The notes beneath the pieces are model-generated. The model was not told the DNA's origin, did no database searches, and worked only from the letters and a program-made list of their open reading frames with translations. Shown piece after piece: positions 59,856-64,000 of a stretch of 64,000 nt of DNA. The translations under genes were made by a program, and so were the position numbers. Within the stretch, counting starts at the first letter, position 1, and the number at the start of each line of letters is the position of its first letter. This DNA comes from Acidimicrobiales bacterium (GTDB taxonomy: Bacteria > Actinomycetota > Acidimicrobiia > Acidimicrobiales > CADCSY01): contig DATKDW010000039.1 in assembly GCA_035512495.1 (NCBI GenBank), positions 10,753 through 74,752 on the forward strand, in the 5' to 3' direction.

Positions 59856-61583
59856 CTATCCCCCGGTCTCGTCGAGGATCTCGTCGAGCTTCACGATCTC
59901 GGCGAGCAGGACCACGCCCACGAAGGTGCCTCGGGCGTCGGCGACTGCGAGACGGTCGACATCGGCCGCTTCCATGGCGACGACGGCGTCGCGCAGCGTC
60001 CACGACGGGTCGGCGAGGGGCAGGTCGGTGCGCATGACCTCGGTGACCGGGGTGGTCTCCCATGTCGAGCGGTCGAGCTCGGAGACCTCCTCGATGCGGG
60101 CCATGCCGAGATAGGTCGCCTCGTCCACCACCGGGACCGCGCGCTCGCGCCGGGCCACCACGTGGGTCCAGACCAGCTCGGCGGCCGATGCGTCGGGGGG
60201 GACGGTGAGCACGTCGGTCGACAAGGCGGTGCTGATGGGGAGGCGGAACCGACGCTCGAGGTGCCCGGAGCGGACCGACTGCTGGCCTGACGACACCGTG
60301 GCCCGGCCAATCAGGAGCTGCGAGGCGGCAGCGGCCACCAGGGCGGGGACGACGTAGAGGGCGCGCCCGGTCGTCTCCGCCACGAACATCACCGAGGCGA
60401 TGGGGGTGCGGTAGCCGGCGCCGAGGAAGGCGGCCAGGCCGATGACGGGGAAGAGGGTCGAGGCGCTGCCCACCACCCCGGCCACGAAGCGGCCGAGCAG
60501 CATGCCCTGGACGGCGAGCGGGATGAAGAGCCCCCCCGTCCCGCCGGCGGCGAGGGTGGTGAGGGTGGCGACGCCACGCAGGGCGAAGAGGAGCGCGATC
60601 AGCACCAGGGTCCGGTCCGGGCTGGCGACCCAGCGGAAGACGTCGTAGCCGGGGCCGAGGGTCAGCGGCGCCTCGAACACCGCCTGAGCGACCACGACGA
60701 GGCCGCCCAGCACCACCGCACCCACCGGCAGCCGGACCAGGAGGGGACGTTCGGAGGCGATGCGCTTTGCCTGGTGGACCAGGCCGGCGAAGCCCCGGGC
60801 GAGGACACCGGCGAGGATCCCGAGTGCCAGCGCCCCGCCGAGGTCGGCGAGGTTGAACTGGGTGCTCTCCCCGGTGTCGCGCAGGGAGAAGAGGGGGGTG
60901 GCCCCCACCAGCGTCACGAAGGTGAGGTAGCTGGCGGCCGACGCCACCAGGGCGGGGATGAGAGCCCGGCGGGCGACATCGTCGGTGTAGGGCACCTCGA
61001 GGGCAAAGATCACGCCGGTGGCCGGCGCTTTGAAGATGGCCGCGACCCCAGCGGCCGCGCCGCAGACCATCAGCACCTTTGCGTCGTCGCGCCGGAAGAT
61101 CCCGGCGAGGCGTCGCTGCATGCCGCTGCCGATGGCCGCGCCGGCGTAGATCGACGGACCCTCGAGCCCCAGGGCGCCACCGGAGCCCACGGTGGCGACA
61201 CCGGCGAGGAGACGGCCCGGGACCGGGCGGAGCGAGAGGGGCCGGCGGTCGTGGAAGCTCTTGACGTACTCGTCGGCGGTGGCGGGGCTCGTGTCGCGTG
61301 AGACGAAGCGCAGGATCACGACGGTGAGCACCAGGCCGATCCCCGGTGCGACGGCCTGGACCCAGACGGGGGCGTCGAGCACCCGGTGGAGGACGACGCC
61401 GTCGGCGAGGCGCTCGAACCCGGCCACCACCAGGCCGACCAGGACCCCCGTTGCCACCGCGGCGAGGACCAGCCCCTGCTGGCGCCGGTCGAGGACGATG
61501 CGTGGTCGGCGCGGCACGGCCCCAAGGGCTACCAGATTGAGGGGCTTCGGCACGACCCCGGTAGCCTCGACCGGCTGTGTCAA
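59856..61583 (-). CDS. ClC-family chloride channel / H+-Cl- antiporter with two C-terminal CBS domains
   Basis: GSGGALGLEGP, GVIFALEVPY, GGLFIPLAV and YRTPIASVMFVAETTG selectivity and gating motifs. CBS pair at the C terminus. The start is uncertain (TTG 61583, GTG 61553 or GTG 61517). Confidence 0.85.
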   Translation of the reverse strand: MTQPVEATGVVPKPLNLVALGAVPRRPRIVLDRRQQGLVLAAVATGVLVGLVVAGFERLADGVVLHRVLDAPVWVQAVAPGIGLVLTVVILRFVSRDTSPATADEYVKSFHDRRPLSLRPVPGRLLAGVATVGSGGALGLEGPSIYAGAAIGSGMQRRLAGIFRRDDAKVLMVCGAAAGVAAIFKAPATGVIFALEVPYTDDVARRALIPALVASAASYLTFVTLVGATPLFSLRDTGESTQFNLADLGGALALGILAGVLARGFAGLVHQAKRIASERPLLVRLPVGAVVLGGLVVVAQAVFEAPLTLGPGYDVFRWVASPDRTLVLIALLFALRGVATLTTLAAGGTGGLFIPLAVQGMLLGRFVAGVVGSASTLFPVIGLAAFLGAGYRTPIASVMFVAETTGRALYVVPALVAAAASQLLIGRATVSSGQQSVRSGHLERRFRLPISTALSTDVLTVPPDASAAELVWTHVVARRERAVPVVDEATYLGMARIEEVSELDRSTWETTPVTEVMRTDLPLADPSWTLRDAVVAMEAADVDRLAVADARGTFVGVVLLAEIVKLDEILDETGG

Positions 61584-63424
61584 TGACTGTTCCCACCTCC
61601 GATCTCCTCCGCCCGGCCGTCCCGCTGCGCAACGTTGCCCTCGTCGCCCACGTCGATCACGGGAAGACCACCCTCGTCGATGGGATCCTCCGCGCCACCG
61701 GCACCTTCGCCGAGCACCAAGCGCTCGTGGAGCGGGTGATGGACTCCAACGACCAGGAGAAGGAGCGGGGGATCACGATCCTCGCCAAGACCGCATCGGT
61801 CCGCTGGAACGGGATCAAGATCAACCTCGTCGACACCCCGGGGCACGCCGACTTCGGTGGCGAGGTCGAGCGGGCCCTGACCATGGTCGACGGCGTCCTC
61901 CTCCTCGTCGACGCCGCCGAGGGGCCTCTGCCTCAGACGCGCTACGTGCTCTCCAAGGCCGTGGCCCTCGACCTCCCTGCCGTGGTGGTCCTCAACAAGG
62001 TCGACCGCCAGGACGCCCGCCCGGAGGAGGTCCTCGACGAGGTCTACCAGCTGTTCCTGGACCTCGAGGTGCCCGACCACCACATCGACTTCCCGGTCAT
62101 CTCCGCCATTGCTCGCGAGGGTCGAACCATGGCCGGGGTCGGGATGCCCGCCCCCGACGCCGACCTCAGCGCCCTGCTCGAGGCCATCGTCCGCACCATC
62201 CCGGCCCCGATCGGCGACCCCGACGCACCGCTCCAGGCCCTCGTGACCAACCTCGACGCGTCGGAGTACCTGGGCCGCCTCGCCATCGGACGGGTCATGC
62301 GGGGAACCATGCGGGCGGGCCGGCAGGTGGCGATCGTCAAGTCCGAGGGGACCCCGGTCGCCCGCAAGCCGGCGAAGCTCCTGGGCGTCGAGGGGCTGGG
62401 CCGGGCCGACGTTGACGAGCTCGTCGCCGGCGACCTGTTCGTCCTGGCGGGGTTCCCCGAGGTCGAGATCGGCGACACCGTGACCGACCCGTCGGATCCC
62501 GACCCGCTCCCGAGACTCACGGTCGACGAGCCCGTCCTGCGCATGACCTTCGGCCCCAACACCTCACCGATGTCCGGCAAGGACGGCGCCTACGTCACCT
62601 CTCGCCACATCCGGGAGCGCCTGGCGCGGGAGGTGCTCGGCAACGTCGCCATCCGCGTCGACGACACGGCGTCGGCCGACGTCATCCAGGTCGCCGGTCG
62701 CGGTGAGCTCCAGCTGGCCGTGCTCATCGAGTCGATGCGTCGGGAGGGCTACGAGCTCGAGGTGAGCCGGCCCGAGGTGATCACCAAGGACATCGACGGC
62801 AAGCGCCATGAGCCCCTCGAGGAGGGCATGGTCGATGTGCCCGAGGAGCACGTGGGCACGGTGACCCAGTCGCTGGCACCCCGGAAGGGCATCGTCGTCG
62901 ACCTGCGCCCCGGTGACCCAGGCCGCACCGTCGTGACCTTCGAGGCCCCCGCCCGCGGGCTCCTGGGACTGCGATCGGAGCTCCTCACCGCCACACGAGG
63001 CACGGCCCTGCTCCACACCCGCCACCGCGGCTGGGTCCCCTGGGTGGGCGACCTCCCGACGCGCCGCGGTGGCGCCATGATCGCCGACCGCACCGGCGTC
63101 ACCACCGCCTACGCACTCGACAACCTCCAGCTGCGCGGCGAGCTCTTCGTCGGCCCCGGCGAAGCCGTCTACGAGGGCATGGTGATCGGCGAGTCGAGCA
63201 AGGCGGGCGACATGGTCGTCAACGCCGTGCGGGAGAAGCAGAAGACCAACATTCGCACCCACGCCGCCGACGACGCGGTGAAGCTCACGCCTCCCCGCGA
63301 GCTCACCATCGAGACCACGATCGAGCTGATCGACGACGACGAGCTGGTCGAGATCACGCCGGGCCACCTCCGGATCCGCAAGCGCCGCCTGCGCGAGCAG
63401 GACCGGCGTCGGGCCACGAAGTAG
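61583..63424 (+). CDS. typA: Translational GTPase TypA/BipA
   Basis: [18 protein letters not shown] (G1), [12 protein letters not shown] (G3), NKVDR (G4), then EF-G-like domains. ATG 61583 is preferred over GTG 61577. Confidence 0.93.
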   Translation: MTVPTSDLLRPAVPLRNVALVAHVDHGKTTLVDGILRATGTFAEHQALVERVMDSNDQEKERGITILAKTASVRWNGIKINLVDTPGHADFGGEVERALTMVDGVLLLVDAAEGPLPQTRYVLSKAVALDLPAVVVLNKVDRQDARPEEVLDEVYQLFLDLEVPDHHIDFPVISAIAREGRTMAGVGMPAPDADLSALLEAIVRTIPAPIGDPDAPLQALVTNLDASEYLGRLAIGRVMRGTMRAGRQVAIVKSEGTPVARKPAKLLGVEGLGRADVDELVAGDLFVLAGFPEVEIGDTVTDPSDPDPLPRLTVDEPVLRMTFGPNTSPMSGKDGAYVTSRHIRERLAREVLGNVAIRVDDTASADVIQVAGRGELQLAVLIESMRREGYELEVSRPEVITKDIDGKRHEPLEEGMVDVPEEHVGTVTQSLAPRKGIVVDLRPGDPGRTVVTFEAPARGLLGLRSELLTATRGTALLHTRHRGWVPWVGDLPTRRGGAMIADRTGVTTAYALDNLQLRGELFVGPGEAVYEGMVIGESSKAGDMVVNAVREKQKTNIRTHAADDAVKLTPPRELTIETTIELIDDDELVEITPGHLRIRKRRLREQDRRRATK

Positions 63425-63498
63425 GAGCGCAGCGCCGGGCCCACGGACCCGGTCCGAAACAGGCCCGTATGCTCCTTCGTGTGCAGGGGCGGCGGAGC

Positions 63499-64000
63499 AT
63501 GTGGGGGCTGGGGGTGCTGGCACTCGTCGCGTCGGCGTGCGCGGCGGCCCCGGTCGCCGACATCACCCTCGTTCGCCGGGCCCCGGTGACCACGACCACC
63601 GCCGTCGCTGTCCACGCGGCCGCCACCGCGGCACCCGAGCCCACCATCCCCGAGGCGCCCGACCCGCCTCCGCCGCCTCCTCCTCCTCCGCTTCCTCCTC
63701 CGACCGCCCCGCCACCACCGGCAGCGGCCGACGACGCCGCGCATCGACGGGCGGGAATGCACGCCTACGTGGGCTTGGGGACCTGGATCGACGTCTACGA
63801 CTGGAGCCGGACCTTCGGGAAGGACGGCCCGCTGGTCGAGATCGAAGACGTGGACCGCATGGTCGAGGTGGGGGTGCAAACCCTCTACGTGCAGACCTCG
63901 AAGTGGGACGCGCCTGACGACATCCTCGAGCCGGAGCGGCTCCTCCCGATCATCGCCCGTGCCCGGGAGCGGGGCCTCGCTGTGGTCGCCTGGTACCTCC
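63499..64000 (+). CDS. Lipoprotein with poly-Pro linker and TIM-barrel glycoside-hydrolase-like domain (5' partial, continues off-window)
   Basis: Not in the track (no stop in the window). ATG 63499 reads MWGLGVLALVASACAAAP (lipobox), then PDPPPPPPPPPLPPPTAPPPP, then GMHAYVGLGTWIDVYDW...VQTLYVQTSKWD...ARERGLAVVAWYL. Confidence 0.6.
   Translation, partial: MWGLGVLALVASACAAAPVADITLVRRAPVTTTTAVAVHAAATAAPEPTIPEAPDPPPPPPPPPLPPPTAPPPPAAADDAAHRRAGMHAYVGLGTWIDVYDWSRTFGKDGPLVEIEDVDRMVEVGVQTLYVQTSKWDAPDDILEPERLLPIIARARERGLAVVAWYL

Noticed and set aside
63501-63917. Track ORF 63501..63917 (138 aa, Arg/Gly/Pro-rich)
   Set aside because: It is a frame shadow. The frame starting at ATG 63499 gives a lipobox signal peptide, a poly-Pro linker and a hydrolase-like domain that continues off the window.
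1-64000. rRNA, tRNA, tmRNA, riboswitches, toxin-antitoxin pairs, restriction-modification or other defence systems
   Set aside because: No non-coding gap exceeds about 220 bp. None of the gaps shows cloverleaf or known riboswitch features that I can recognise by eye. No nuclease, helicase, ATPase or small-paired-ORF modules typical of defence or TA systems are present. A covariance-model scan (Infernal/tRNAscan) would be the decisive check.

Overview
This is a high-GC, very gene-dense chromosomal segment that looks actinobacterial. Nearly every region is open in several frames, so many track ORFs are antisense or frame shadows. I support 61 protein-coding genes, two of them truncated by the window edges. 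I found no rRNA, tRNA, CRISPR array, transposase or integrase. Content: (1) 4.07-30.04 kb is a cell-envelope glycan assembly super-locus. It holds a 1450-aa AftD-like arabinofuranosyltransferase homologue coupled to a GT4, a Ppm1-like polyprenyl-phosphate-mannose synthase, a GT2-methyltransferase fusion, and a GMC flavoenzyme with two SDR epimerase/dehydratases. In total it has eight polytopic GT-C-like membrane proteins, two of which are tandem paralogues of a family I cannot name. (2) 40.7-45.5 kb is a translationally coupled dprE2-ubiA-dprE1 decaprenyl-phospho-arabinose operon, followed by a secreted GH43 protein with three SLH domains. (3) Housekeeping and metabolic genes: coaA, arfB, alkA, acyl-ACP desaturase, adk, pyk, fadD/fadE-type genes, mobA, rhodanese, rnd, a GH13 alpha-glucosidase, a ClC channel and typA. 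(4) About 4 kb at 50.2-54.2 kb has lower GC and carries accessory genes (SnoaL-like, methyltransferase, Zn-ribbon, LIP-family lipase, small membrane proteins) but no recombinase. Non-coding highlights are a helically phased four-copy palindromic array (CGGAAGCCTTCCGGA) upstream of an orphan HTH gene, and a perfect 13-bp inverted repeat upstream of the acyl-CoA dehydrogenase. The best candidate for an undescribed system is the GT-C-rich glycan locus, especially the coupled operon at 13.0-22.4 kb (GMC oxidase, two SDRs, two novel GT-C-like paralogues, GT2-methyltransferase). I recognised no defence, toxin-antitoxin or secretion system.
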